Source: Octopus vulgaris
Lineage: Eukaryota
Length of the DNA: 64,000 nucleotides
NCBI GenBank assembly: GCA_951406725.2
Contig: OX597831.1
Span: 55,056,001-55,120,000, forward strand
Direction of reading: 5' to 3'
Under the pieces are notes generated by a model. That model saw nothing but the letters and a program-made list of their open reading frames with translations. It was not told the DNA's origin and did not search any database. Position numbers and translations under genes: made by a program. How positions within the stretch are numbered: position 1 is the stretch's first letter; each line of letters opens with the position of its first letter. Shown here piece by piece: positions 13,337 to 27,199 of this stretch.

Positions 13337-15146
13337 CTGATGGGAAAGGACAAGAAAAAAGAATTTTGTGCATTAATTTGATTCATGCAGTAATTAAATT
13401 GTTTAACAGCAGCAACAATAAGAAAAATGTCCAAGATAATGATACAGTTACAGCATATTAGGACACGATAAAGAAATTAGGACAAAACATTGTGACATTA
13501 TCACAAACGATGAAAACAAACAAAAGAAAGAAAATAAATGACGGTGCTATTAGAAACTTTTTCATGCTTTCAATAAAGGGTCGTTCATAAAGAAGCTGAG
13601 AAACTAAGCTTATGGGTCTCAAATATGAAAATAAGCAAAGTAAGACAGTACAAATGATACCAATGATCAGTGTGCTTCGTATAAAGAAAGAACACAAAAA
13701 ATATTCCACTTATACAGCTGAATTCCTCAGAGGGAAAAGTATGGTGAGCAGTGGAAACTTCTAGTGACTTTTTTTCCCTTCTTTTATATTTTTAAACAGT
13801 GATTGTGTGGTTAAGAAACTGTGTGGTTTCAGCTTTAGTCCTGCTGTGCAACATTTTGGGCAAAGTGTCTTTTACTATATCCCAAGGCTGACTGATGCCT
13901 TGTGAGTGAGTTTACAAGACAGAAACTGTGTGGAAGCCCATTCCACCATACATATATATGCACATGCATGCAAGCATGTGTGTGCATTTGTGCATGCATG
14001 CATGTGAGTATGTGTATTGATGCGAGTGTGTATGCCTTTGTGTCAGTGTTTGCTTCCCCCACCTGACAACTAGCATTGGTTTGTTTACATCCATGTAACT
14101 TAGCGGTTTGGTAAAAGAAAGTGAGAGAATAAGTACCAGACTTTAAAACAAGATAATAAGTGTGTGCGTGTGTGTGTGGGTCAATCTGTTTGACAATTAA
14201 AAAAAATAAACCTTCAAGATGGTGCTCTAGCATGGCTGCAGTGCAATGACTGAAATACATAAAAGATAAAAGACAATGTGATGAAGTCTGACAGCGATCT
14301 AAACATCATTCTGAAATAATGAGCTAATTTGTTCTCAAGTTGGTTCCTTGCTTTGCTAAAACCTTTTCTACAGACAGTTTACTCAGAGACATGGAAACAT
14401 GCAACTATAAATTGTATCCCTAATAACTCTATCAGTCAATTATTACTGTCTAATCACTCTTGCTGACATCATTTCTGAAATGATAGAGAAGATCACTTAC
14501 CTCTTTTAACAACTTCAATATCATTTTCTCCTTTAGCAACCACCTGTACAAATTCCAAAGAACTATATTTACAAAAGACCCTCTTTCCTAAACCATATCC
14601 TAGTAGTATCTTTTCAAATGTTTAATGGAAATAGTAGTATATTTTTGAATGTTGAATGAAAATACATCTGTTGTCATCATGTTCCTTCTAGCAAAGTTGT
14701 TTATTTATAATTTTTGCCCATCCATAATTATTTGGACTGCAAACTTCTTGTCATATCGCTTCATTGTAACATGTGTTAACATTAATTTATGGAGCCTTAA
14801 AGGTGACAAGTTGGCAGAATCATTAGCATGCCAGGCAAAATGCTTAGTGGTATTTCGTCCATCCTTATCTTCTGAGTTCAAATTCCGCCAAGGTCGACTT
14901 TGCCTTTCATCCCTCCAGGATCAATAAATTAAGTATCAGTTGAACATTGAGGTCAATGTAATTGACTTACTCCTTCTCCTGAAATTGCTGGCATTACGTC
15001 AAAATTTGAAACCATTATGTTATAGAGTCCTTGTATAAAGAACTAATATGTACATATCACCATACCCAGAAATGGAACTGGAGTGCTAGAAAAAGACATT
15101 GAAAATCAAAATATCATATGATAACATTAAACACGCAGAATCTTAC

Positions 15147-15363
15147 CTGAAGTTTTTTGTATTCATTTTCAATGGAAGAGAAATAATTGTTTTCTTCACA
15201 GTTTTTGGCTGCAAGATGATTGGTTTTAGTCGGGTGATTTTCTTTGTCCGTTGTATCAGGAACAAACTTTGTCCATGCCATCTCTTTCTTTGGTGAAGAA
15301 TCAACTATTATTTCTATATTTCCATCAGAATCATACTGCTCCTCATGGTTGGTGAAGCAACCC
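15147..15363 (-). CDS. CEP78: CEP78 coding exon, 217 nt, phase 2 to 0, low-conservation linker
   Basis: ttgttaAG|G GGT...CTT CAG|GTAAGA. Open frame GCFTNHEEQY...IENEYKKLQ inside ORF 15114..15380; phases bridge the flanking exons. Confidence 0.82.
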
Positions 15364-16325
15364 CTTAACAAATGAAACAATAATTTCAGTGACTTCCAAA
15401 CTATTTAATTAAGTACTCAAAAAGTTCTTTTTTTCTTTTATCCCACCAATTTGGAAACATCTAGAAGTACAGTTCTAAGTGTGTTTACATTGAAAATGGC
15501 AATGTTTAATGTAATGCCTACACTGGCTTCTACTCCTTGAAGCTGGCTGGTATCATAAAAGCTCCATTCAGCAGCCCTGACTCACTTGATTCTCCTCTTC
15601 CTATCACCCATATTGTGTTTACCCTTCAGGGTTCACACTATCTACTATGTTCACAGCTTTTTTTTCCCCAGGAAGTCAGCTCCCTGGAATTCCCTTTCTG
15701 TCCATACTATTTCAGCAACTGTTAACGTTCAACTATTCAAGAGAACCATTAACCATGTCACTCTTACAGGACTTGCAAATAGCAATGGACACAGCCCTTT
15801 GCTCTAGAATAAAGCAATAAAAACAAGAGGTGGTTTAGCCCCAGGTCAGTTTTTGATTAATCAGACCTATGATCAAAAATGTTCCAGCCATGATTTTTCC
15901 ATATTTGTTTTCTTTTTTTTTTTTGTCTTTAGACTATGTATCCAAAACTACAACATGCAACAGTCCTTCCTTTTTTAAAATGGTAGAGTATGAACCAAAG
16001 CAAATTTAGCTATTTATAGCAGTTTGAGTTATCATGCAGTGGTTTCAACAGGAATGTTACACTAATGGTAAAAGTTTAAGGAAAGTCTATACTGCAAATA
16101 ATATAATCCAGGCAGAGATAAGGCAGAATCGTTAGCACACCGGGCAAATTACTTAGCGGCATTTTGTCCATCTTTATGTTCTTGGTTCAAATTCCACCAA
16201 AGTCAACTTTGCCTTACATCCTTTCAGGATCAATAAAATAAGTACCAGTTGTAAACTGTGGCCACTTATCCCACCCCTAAAATTGCTGGCCTTGTGCTAA
16301 AATTTAAAGCCAATATAACCTAGGC

Positions 16326-16552
16326 AGAGTCTACACTAGATGTGACACTGTATATGCAGTGTCTACACTGAAGGTAACGTTGTCTATGCAATGTTTTCAT
16401 CGAATGTTGCACTGGTCTATGCCCTCCCTATATTGCAGGAAACCTATCTGCAGAGCCTTCACTGAAAGTGATAACTGTCCCTGGAACATCTATACTGAAG
16501 GTGATAGTTTCCATGTACTGTCTATACAGATGGTGACATTATCTATGGATGC
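16326..16552. repeat. Degenerate minisatellite, about 32 bp x about 7
   Basis: Approximate consensus gtctacactgaaggtgacattgtctatgca. Confidence 0.65.
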
Positions 16553-16761
16553 TGTAAGGCAGCAAACAGGAAGGGTTATTAGCAGTATTTCTTCCAACTT
16601 TATGTTCTGAGTTCAAATGCTACCAAGGTTGACTTTATCTTTCCTCATCAAGTCCCAATGTCATACTGGAGATTATTATAGTTATCAACAATACACAGGT
16701 TCAACTCAGTTATTTAGACATATTATTTCTAAGTCAAAATAAATCAATAATAATAATAACA

Positions 16762-16792
<31 letters not shown>

Positions 16793-16803
16793 CAGTTACT
16801 TAC

Positions 16804-16934
16804 CGCTGTTTGGTTGCTCTCATTGCTGTCCGCCAAGGCATACCACGGTTCGGCTTTGGAATAACAGTTGATGCTATTTGGTGTGGATTAAGATTGTTGT
16901 GTACAGAATCTAAGTGATAACACATCCCATTAAT
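16804..16934 (-). CDS. CEP78: CEP78 coding exon, 131 nt, phase 0 to 2
   Basis: tttgtAG|ATT...CAG CG|GTAAGT. Translates INGMCYHLDSVHNNLNPHQIASTVIPKPNRGMPWRTAMRATKQ(R), including the conserved PWRTAxRA motif. Confidence 0.9.
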
Positions 16935-17515
16935 CTACAAACAGAAACAATAGCATGTAAGTCTTAATAATCCAATAATATAAATGATACAATGGTTAGA
17001 TTTTTGGTATGGTTAACTTGGCTTTTCACTGGTCTGATGTCAACGAAATAAATTCTATTAATATAGATACTTTTAATCAGTATCAAACTCATCATCCAGT
17101 AGTGGGGCCCTGGTTAGGGACTGCCAGTGCTTTGAGGAGTGTGGAACTACCTTTTAGCTACTACTGTTCCCATGTCTACTTTGATTGGGAGTAATAGCAG
17201 TTGTCAGGGTCTTAACCATAGGTTAATTAGCATGTCACAGAATTGCTTCTGGAAGAAGGTCATATAACAGCTCCTAAAGTTCGGTGTTACATAAAATATA
17301 CTCAATATACACTAGTTAAAGTGGTTGATATTAGGAAGGGCATTTGGCCATAGAAACCAAACTAAAAGTGAGATGTGACTCTCTGACCCACCAAAGAAAG
17401 CACAAATCACCCATTCAACACATGACAGCATAGAAAGCAGGTATAAAATGATGATGAGGATGATGATATATTGAGGAAATACTCTAGAGGAGAAAACTAA
17501 AGGATTGTCTCTTAC

Positions 17516-17623
17516 CTTGATGTTAGTTTTTTTACAGTGAGATGTATTTAAACCCCTTGCAGATTTTTTCTTTCTTCGTGGTTTACTTTCTAGATTAGGA
17601 CGGTCTAAACTGATCCATTCGTA
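17516..17623 (-). CDS. CEP78: CEP78 coding exon, 108 nt, phase 0 to 0
   Basis: ttgttAG|TAC GAA TGG...ATC AAG|GTAAGA. Translates YEWISLDRPNLESKPRRKKKSARGLNTSHCKKTNIK (compare YQWI followed by a basic stretch in CEP78). Confidence 0.88.
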
Positions 17624-19879
17624 CTAACAAATCAGGAAAAAAAAATGTGTGAAAAAAATTTAAGAAGTAATTACAATTAAACTGATAGATAGGCAGGTTG
17701 AGATACATCCAGTCATCTATATTATAATGGAGAAAGCTGCTTATTTATTAGGTATGTGACAGTTACTAAAAGAAAGCAATTATTAAAGGCTTGACCATCT
17801 GGAAATTTTTTTATAAATTCATGTTCTAAGAAATTTCCTGTAATTTGTGAAGTTTATTGAATATTTGAACTTCAATTTCTTCACAAATTTAAATATTCGT
17901 TGCATTCACAGAATTAATAGACAGAATTAATTTGTTGCTGACAAATTTTCCGTTTTCATTTGCAACAGTCTCTCACTCCCTTTTGCCTCTATTTTCATTA
18001 ACGATAATTTAATATATATTCATTTCAATGTTTTCATTTCAAGTTTTCATTTACTATTTGCAAAACCCACAGTTTATTCTATATACATAATGTAAAAAAA
18101 AAAATTGCTATTAGACAAAATATAACTTTCAGGTTTAATTTGATAGAATAAATTTTTTTTAATATACTGGTATAATTTGAAAAGAAAAATTAAGAAGTAA
18201 TTTTGTTGGTATGGCTGTTTGGAACACTATAAGCCTTACAATAATAATTATGTGATCATTGCTATTTCTAGCATGCTAAATGTATAAATTACTGGAAGAA
18301 ATATTTACAATAGAATTTAGGTTTTTCAGAGGTACAGCCCCCTAAAAATCCCCTGTGTATTATACTCAAGGATGGACTATACTTGAAGATTTACGGTACA
18401 TAAAGCACAAGTAAAATATACAACCAACTATAATACCTATCTCAATTTCAGGCCCTAAATTGTTTTAAGAAACCTTACAATTACTTGTATAACATGCAGT
18501 ATTAATACAACTGCTACTACATAAAAAGATAATCTAAAATAATCCCAATATATTAGTTTTTATATTACATTTTGTATAAACTATGTTGCTATATAATTAA
18601 AAAATCTAAAACATAAAACTGTATTATATTATTGTATTTTCCTTAACAAAAATAGGTAAGAAAAACCTTTTGATCATGAATTTGGTGGGGAAAAAATGGG
18701 TATTATACATAGAGTATGACAGGAATTTTAATCAATTTATTTTAAAACTTTATGTTGTTTGTTTTCTTTGCATATGAAACAATATAAATTAATTTCAGAT
18801 GAAGCTTAAAAACAAGAAAAAAGACAAATAAAAAAAAAAATAGAAAAGATCTCAACAAAAACAGCCAATAATCTACAAAATGGTAGAAATTGATAAAGAT
18901 TAGCAAATACTGAATTACAACAAAAAAAAAAAGGAAAAGAAAAAGAAGAGAGTTTATTATTTAAGAACTAAAATATTCCAGACATCAGAAGAAACAAACA
19001 AAAAAAAAATAGTAATAACTTGACATTAAGTAAAAGATATCTTAAAACAGCCTATAAGGTCACATGATTAAAAGGAGGCTTCTATACTCATCAAAGATAG
19101 TGTAAAAATATGTATTTCACAAACTGCAGTTCAAACATTAAGTTATTTACGGTTATTAAATAATTCTTCACTCAAGTTGAAGCTAGAAGCTGAAACTTAA
19201 TTCTCCCAGATTATTACTTTACCATTTATTTGTATGATAACCCAACAGGCAGTCAACCATCCTATATCAAACAAAGAACAGATGAAAAAACTACTGGAAA
19301 TAACAAATGGTTATGGTAATAGCGATGCTGATGCTTTTCACATAAATGTACTCTATACATCAAATGAAAATGCCTTTAAAGATTTTTCCCTAAACTCTGA
19401 AAGGTCAAAATTCAATCAAGACTGCACTATGAAACTTGCATCATAGCAAAAGTTTTGGAAAAACAAAGATTGACATTTTCTACATAAACATGGAAAACAA
19501 GAATCACAAGTCATCACCTATGAAACATAAGTAACTCTGAAGTATATGAGTTCTTGTCATGTTTACTACAAATGCAAGGAAGAAACAAAACATTTTTTTT
19601 TAAGTTATGAGGATGGCAATTAGCAGGTTGAGGGAATTAACAGAGGCTATTGCCAACCAACCCCAAACCCATTAAATAATACTGATGGGTGATGATGATG
19701 ATGACAATGATTTATTTTATTTATTGAATGAAATATTACAAGGACAGTTCAGATTTTGTGTAGAGTTTATATAAAAGAAGATAAAGGAAAGAAAGAGAAG
19801 AGATGGGGAGAGATGGAATAAAAAGCAAACATAGTATAAAAAATGTGAACACAGACATAGATGATACATTTTTCCTAAT

Positions 19880-20340
19880 ACAGGAGAGTCTCCAAATAGA
19901 GCCAATAAGGGAACCCCAGGATCACCTTGGTCATCATGAGCCCTCACCCAAATGTTATTCTCCAATCTATAGGTGCATACTTAGAATAGTTCAATTCAGC
20001 CTGACCAATTTTACTAGCCATTCACTTTTTGACAAATTCACTTCAATCCACCTTCAATTTCCTTTCCAAGTGGTACTTCGAAAAAGTCAAAGAGGAAGGT
20101 ATTTGTCTTCAATTCTTTCAGCCTCATCCACCACACAACCTCTTTCACCATAGCCACCAGACAGAGTAACAATTCCTCGTATCATCCCCTTCTTTTTCTC
20201 AACCTCATGGTTAATAAAGAAATTGACTGTCCCACTTTGTTAAAAGTCAACAGTGGGGTGATTTTGACAATGGGCTTGACTTGGTGTGACAGTGAGGCTC
20301 ATTTTACAACCATCATAACAATGTCAGGCACTGGGGTTAC
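19880..20340 (-). mobile_element. Possible L1/Tx1-like LINE 3' remnant
   Basis: Minus strand LVAMVKEVVWWMRLK resembles Tx1-type ORF2 C-termini; heavily decayed. Confidence 0.35.
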
Positions 20341-20555
20341 TTTACCTTACAATCTTTTGAAGTTGATAAAATAAGTACCAGTCAAGTACTGGGGGGGGGG
20401 GGGTTGATGTAATCCACTTTCCCTCCCCTCAAACTTGGTGGCTTTGTGCTATAATTTATTGTTATTATTACTCTTATCATTATTATCGTTATTATTGTTG
20501 TTGTTGTTATTATTATTATTATTATTCCTAAAAGAATTATATATATATATATACT

Positions 20556-20589
<34 letters not shown>

Positions 20590-22228
20590 AAGTAGTGTTG
20601 AGTGGTTTAACATTTTCAGTTGGAAATTACATTTCTCTCAATATATACCACATCCTGAATCAAGCGCAATAATTACGAATATCTTTCATAGTTTTAATAC
20701 ATGCTCATTCTTCACTCTTTACTTTTCTAGCCTCTGAGTTGGTAAAAGCCATTGATAAGGAAAGTTAAACAACCACTGGACTCGTTCTCATCATATTTTA
20801 GATTTGTTTACAGAAATGCTATTTGTTTGATTATCAAGTGCTAGTTGAGGTAACAAATAACAGGATGTGCAAAATGTAAGATTCATCTGTTTTATAATTT
20901 TCTGTTGCTATAATGACTAACTGTTTCTACCATTTGATTCGTTATTAAATCCTGTTGGGAACTGGAATGTTTGTCCTGGACAAATGAATGGCCTCAAGCA
21001 AATGTCTTTTCTGTGTTTGCTTGTTTTTTTTTTGTTTTTTTTAATCTGGTTCCAACTTGCACCTTACACTGATATGAATGGATTGCACCAGTGCCAGCGG
21101 TCATAACTAAAGGATATTTATTTATCCTCTTCCTCGTCCATCATCACCACCACCACTGCTGCTGCTACCACTGCTAACACCACCACTATACGCACATGCG
21201 AAGTGTGTGTAATGAATAAAGACAGAAAGCCTATCCAACCAACAAACTGTTACAAAGAAGGCTATTTTATTTACCCTTTGCTACCAACCAACCAACCAGC
21301 TGATAGGATGGTTTTGTGGAGAGTAATGTAAACAGACCACAATAGGATGAGTTGAGATTAGAAAGAACATTCTTTAGTGTTGGATGAATATTATTATTGT
21401 TGCTACAAAACACTTTCATCAAGTCATCTTCATTGCAAATATCCTTAAATCTAGCAATTCTCATTTTGTTTAAACACATTGGAATAAATACCAAAGTCAA
21501 CAGTACTTCATAAAAATAATAAATAAATAAATGAATGAATAAATAAATAGGATGTTTTCTAGTGTTAATATCAAATGTAATGAAGCAGAGTTAATGAACT
21601 GCATTCAGAAAATAAATTCTCTTTGATTCACACGAGTTTTAATCAACGTGAACCCTGATCATGAATTTTAATTTCCTTTTCACAGTAACTGCATAAAGTA
21701 TAAAATTTGAATTTAAAGAAGAAAATAGTAAGAGGCTCTGCTCTTCAGGAACTCTGTTTAAGCAGTAATATCACAAACTTATAAAATAATGAAGAATGCA
21801 CAAAATTTAATTTGTTGTATGTTTCTAACAGTATCAATGAAAAAGCAACCCCACCACAACAAATTATACTTGGTTCTAATATGAAAAAATAATTACATAG
21901 ATAGTAAAAGAAATTATTTTTAAATAACAATTAGGAAGATTTCACATGATATCCTTTAGATAGAATGGTAAAGAACCAATGGATTATGTGTCATCCTTTA
22001 GACTTTGTTGCAGATATTAAGTTCATATCTTGTTACAGAAGGTACATTGTCTCAGTATAACATTAGATGCCAAAGTTAAAAAGGTAAGAGATGCAGTAAA
22101 GCTTTCAGGTAATCCATGACTGTGGTTAATTTAATTAGCAGAATAACGCACAAATTAGATAATGAATAAGTCTCACTGGCAGTGACAGAGAACATACTAT
22201 GAATAGCTACATAAAAATGCACTTGTAT

Positions 22229-22427
22229 CATGCATGCATGCATGCATGCATGCATACATACATACATACATACATACATACATACATACATACATACATA
22301 CATACATACATACATACATACATACATACATACATACATACATACATACATACATACATACATACATACATACATACATACATACATACATACATACATA
22401 CATACATACATACATACATACATACAT
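22229..22427. repeat. (CATG)n(CATA)n tetranucleotide microsatellite
   Basis: Directly visible, about 200 bp. Confidence 0.98.
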
Positions 22428-22437
22428 AGTATTATTA

Positions 22438-22768
22438 CATTTTTCCATGTAATCCATGATTTTTCCAGGCATTGCTGTTATAAGGTAATTAATAATGTGT
22501 CAATTAATAATTTAAGATTTTAACTTATAAAATACTAAAAGATAATATTTCAATTTTTCCATGTAAGTGATGATAATATTTCAGTTTTTTTCATGTTTAA
22601 TTTAAATATATGTTGTGATTGAATTCTTTGATATTACCCATCCATACCAAAATAATGGCAGGGAATTTTACCATCTTGTTGGTTACACCATGGCTCACCA
22701 AAAGTTACAAACAACAAGAACCCAAAATCATCAGTTACCAGGCTTGCCTTAAGTAACCTAGATTTTGA
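22438..22768 (+). mobile_element. Dispersed copy of the Helitron 3' non-coding segment (about 39713-39988)
   Basis: Shared sequence from catttttccatg-aatccatgatttttccag-cattgctgttataag through accaggct--ccttaagtaaccta. Confidence 0.85.
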
Positions 22769-24035
22769 GTTGGGGATAATAGCACTGACTGCTGCTAATC
22801 TAGATCTATCAATAATTATTCAATACAACAGTAATTATAAAAGCATATCAGATATACACAAGTTAAAATTACCTACATCCCATTAATATAAATTTGATTT
22901 ATGAAAAATCCCTTTTAATTAATTTTGGAATTTAAAAAGTAAATTTAGAATATAACCACTTTGAACCAATGCCTTTTCTGGACAGCCTTACTACATGCCT
23001 TCAGGTCTGCCCATAGAGACACAGCCAAAAATGATTATATTCCTGCCCCAATAAATTTAGATGCATAAATCTGAAGAATATAACACATTAATGAACTAAC
23101 CTGATTAAATAATTAACTAAAAAGAAAAGGAAAGCAACTAAAAAGGAAAAGCAAAAAAAAAAAAAAAAGCAGAAAGCAAGTTAATTAAAGCTGAAAGAGA
23201 AAATTAATAATAAAAGTTAAATTTATCCTAATTCAACAGCATATTAAAAATAACTTTATTAAATACTTAATTAAAAAAATAAAATATACAAAAAGTAAAG
23301 TCAACCTCAGTGGAATTTGAACTCAGAAAAAGACAGACAAAATACCTATTTATTTACTACCCACAAGGGGCTAAACACAGAGAGGACAAACAAGGACAGA
23401 CAAATGGATTAAGTCGATTATATCGACACCAGTGCGTAACTGGTACTTATTTAATCGACCCCGGAAGGATGAAAGGCAAAGACAGACAAAATACCACTAA
23501 GCATTTCGCTCAGCACACTAACATTTCTGCCAACTCGCCGCATTAGAAGGTAAACATTCATTTTAGAAATATATTCTAATCTTAACATTATTGGCGCATT
23601 ACTTCTTACTTCCTCACAATAAATTTCATGACATGTCACCACAAAACATTTTTCTACTAAATTTTGTTCAATGCGACTAACAATTCTGAATACCTCATGC
23701 ATTTTTCTATCATTTAAGCCTAAGAAAAGTATATTTTTATTTAAAAAAAAACAAAACGTTAATTGAAGGTGAATAGGTGCCTTACTGCCCACTTTTAGAC
23801 CTGACATATTTTGATGTAACTTTTTTTCTACTGAACCAAATCTCAAACTATTTATGCCAAAGTGTAGATGAGGAAGTGTCCTCTTTAAAACTGTTAACAG
23901 TTTGCAATTTAGTTGAGAACTGAATTAGTGGCAAAACTTGGAAGCTGCTGTGATTGACGAAATGGTGGACTTAATATATTCAACCACTGGCATAGTTGAA
24001 TGATAACTGTATACATACATACATACATATACTGT

Positions 24036-24080
<45 letters not shown>

Positions 24081-24319
24081 TGTATGTTTGTACATATTAT
24101 ATATATATATATATAAATTTTTAGCTTTTACTTGTTTCAGTCATTGGACAGAGGGCATGCTAGGACTTGAATGATTTAGTTTGAACAAATTGCTTCCAGT
24201 TCTTATGTTTTTTTAAAGTTTGGTACTTACTTTATTGATCTCTGTTGCTGAACACCTAAGTTATAGGCCACAAGCAAACCAACACTGGGTGTCAAACAGA
24301 AGTTGACATGCACACGATA

Positions 24320-24545
24320 ATGATGATGGCTGTCCACTCATGACTGAGGAAGACCGTTACTGCCCATGAAGAACACTGTGCGCTCAGACAAAATTATACT
24401 TTACACTTGCAGCTCAGCTGGTGATTAATGAGTCCAGTTCCTGATAAACATAAACATCCACAGATACTGCAGACAAAACTTCTCCCTGGCTGTGCATTTT
24501 CCAGCAGCTCCTTTAAGTTCAGCATACAAAATGCATGTTTCTTCA
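24320..24545 (-). mobile_element. RTE (BovB-like) 3' remnant
   Basis: Minus strand reads CGCLCLSGTGLINHQLSC, resembling the C-terminal zinc knuckle of RTE elements. Confidence 0.55.
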
Positions 24546-25355
24546 AAAATACCCATTTGTTCCTTTATTCGTTTCATCCCTTGGTGGTGATGACAAGCAT
24601 TGCTTTCCCAGTTGACCTTCTATATATACAAAGTACTTATATTCAAGTTGTGAAGACACATGGCTCAGTGGTTAGAGCATTGGGCTCACAATCATGAGGT
24701 TGTAAGTTCAATTCCTGGACCAGGCTGTGTGTTGACTTCTTGAGCAAAACATTTATTTCTCATTGTTCTAGTTCACTCAGCGACAGAAAGGAGTTGCCAA
24801 GCTGTACCAGCCTTTGCCTTTCCCTTGGTTAACATTGGTGGCATGGAGAGGGGCAGGTTAGTATGCATAAGTGACTGCTGGTCATCCATAAACAAATTTG
24901 CCCGAACTTGTACCTCAGAGGGGAACTTTCTAAGTGCAATCCCAAGGTTGTTCATGAACAAAAAGGATCTTTACCCTTACCCTTTTATATCTAAGTATAC
25001 AAAGGAATCTACAAAACTGACACAAGATTGGCAATCAATACACTTCATTTAAGTAAATACTTCTTTGGGATAAGCAGAGTTAAATAACTTTTAGAAGAGT
25101 GACTGCTTGTTGCAGTAATCCTTACCTGACTATATTTATAATGAAATATATTTGTCTATATGTTTGAAATGATATTGAAAATAACCAAGAATTTGGAGGG
25201 ATTTATTAAGATAACTTTGTCAGTGTTTAGAACATCACTATATCATAACAGGAGGGTTTTTTTTTATTTGAATATGAATATTTTAGAATGACAGGTTTTC
25301 AATCATAGAACCAGTAGTGATTTCAGGTATATTAGTATCAAAAAGTTCAACTTAC

Positions 25356-25435
25356 CTCTGGCTCACTATTATCTTCAGTTTGGGCTTTACAGTTAAGATT
25401 CACATGATCAATAATATCTCGGAGAAGAGCTGCCT
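25356..25435 (-). CDS. CEP78: CEP78 coding exon, 80 nt, phase 1 to 0
   Basis: cttacAG|AG GCA...CCA GAG|GTAAGT. Translates (E)AALLRDIIDHVNLNCKAQTEDNSEPE; phase fits both neighbours. Confidence 0.85.
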
Positions 25436-26077
25436 CTGTAAGGTAGCAAAATTAAACATCATGAAAGTTCAGTCTGTGTTAATCATATCAAGAAAATATG
25501 GAAAACTCTTCAGAGTTGAAAAATAATTTAATATTAACCAATTCTTCCATCCTCCTCCAAATTTTTGTCTACTGGAATTCTTTCCCTGCTCAAGTTATCT
25601 AATAGACAGTAACCTGCAACAACAAATCAAGTTTTCAAATTTTGGCACAAGGCCAGCAGGTTTGGCGGAGGAGCCAAGTCAATCAAATCAACCCCAGTGT
25701 TCAATTGGTACTTATTTTATTGACCTTGAAAGGATGAAAGGCAAAGTCAACCCTGGCGGAATTGGAACTCAGAATGTAAAGACGGACAAAATGCCACTAA
25801 GTATTTTGCTTGGCGTGCTAATGACTCTGCCAGCTCACTGCCTTAAAATCAAGTTGAACATTAAACTCTATTAACCTTTATCCTGTCATCCAATCTAGGA
25901 GAAGGACTAATAAAAGGCTAGCAGCATTTCACTTCTCCTCTTCAACAGGCTGTTTAAAGGAAAGTATACTCTAATAACAGAAGAAAACACAAGGATGGAT
26001 ACATCTGAGCATATGAATGGGGAAACCACACTCTCAAAAAAAATTATAAATAAATAAAGATAAAGGTGCAGGCATGG

Positions 26078-26577
26078 AGGCGCGTGGCTTAGTGGTTAGG
26101 GTGTCAGCATCATGATCGTAAGATTGTGGTTTTGATTCTTGGACCAGGCAACGCGTTGTGTTCTTGAGCAAAACACTTCATTTCACGTTGCTCCAGTCCA
26201 CTCAGCTGGCAAAAATGAGTAACACTGTGATGGACTGGCATCCCGTCCAGCTGGGAAACACATACGCCATAGAAACCGGGAAACTGAGCCCATGAGCCTG
26301 GCTAGGCTTTAAAAGGGTGAAGAGTGGAGGCACGTGGCTTAGCGGTTAGGGTGTCAGCATCATGATCGTAAGATTGTGGTTTCGATTCCTGGACCGAGTG
26401 ATGCGTTGTGTTCTTGAGCAAAACACTTCATTTCACTTCAGTCCACTCAGCTGGCAAAAATGAGTAACACTGTGATGGACTGGCATCCCGTCCAGCTGGG
26501 GAACACATATGCCATAGAAACCAGGAAACTGGGCCCATGAGCCTGGCTAGGCTTTAAATGGGCGCATTCATTTTATT
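26078..26577 (+). mobile_element. Head-to-tail dimer of a CORE-like SINE (family D)
   Basis: Two monomers of about 245 bp inside a single TSD, ataaaggtgcaggcatgg (26060-26077, 26578-26595). Confidence 0.88.
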
Positions 26578-26995
26578 ATAAAGGTGCAGGCATGGTTAAG
26601 AAGCTTGCTTTGCAAACGTAATTTTTGAGTTCAGTTCCGCAGCACAGCACCTAAAGCAAGTGTTTTCTATTATAGTCTTGGGCCAACCAATGCCTTCTGA
26701 ATCAATGTGGTGGACAATATACTGTGAGGAAGCCTGTTGTGTGTGTATGTGGTTTTGTTGTGTTTGACCCCCACTACTGCTTAAAAACTGATGTCGGTTT
26801 GTTTACATCCCTATAAATTACCAGTTCAGTCAAAGAAAATGATAAAATAAGTATCAGACTTCAAAAAAGTATTGGAGTTAATTTGTTTAACTAAACCCTT
26901 CATGGTGGTGCCCCAGCATGGGCTGCAATCCAATGACTGAAACAAGTAAGAGATAGATAAATAAATGAATAAATAAACAGTAACACAATCTGCTT

Positions 26996-27168
26996 AGGTG
27001 CAGGAATGGCTTTGTGGTAAGTAGCTTGCTTACGAACCACATGGTTCCGGGTTCATTCCCACTGTGTGGCATCTTGGGCAAATGTCTTCTACTATAGCCT
27101 TGGGTCAACCAAAGCCTTGTGAGTGGATTTGCTAGATGGAAAACTGAAGGAAGCCCATCGTATATATG

Positions 27169-27199
<31 letters not shown>

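Noticed and set aside
13458-13709. Hydrophobic 83-aa ORF
   Set aside because: Non-ATG start; T-rich intron composition explains the hydrophobicity; no recognisable homology.
20995-21045. Hairpin plus T-run resembling an intrinsic terminator
   Set aside because: Short AT-rich stem in a eukaryotic intron; expected by chance.
22076-22523. MYVC/HTYI-repeat ORFs and other poly-N/I/Y/L ORFs
   Set aside because: Microsatellite translations.
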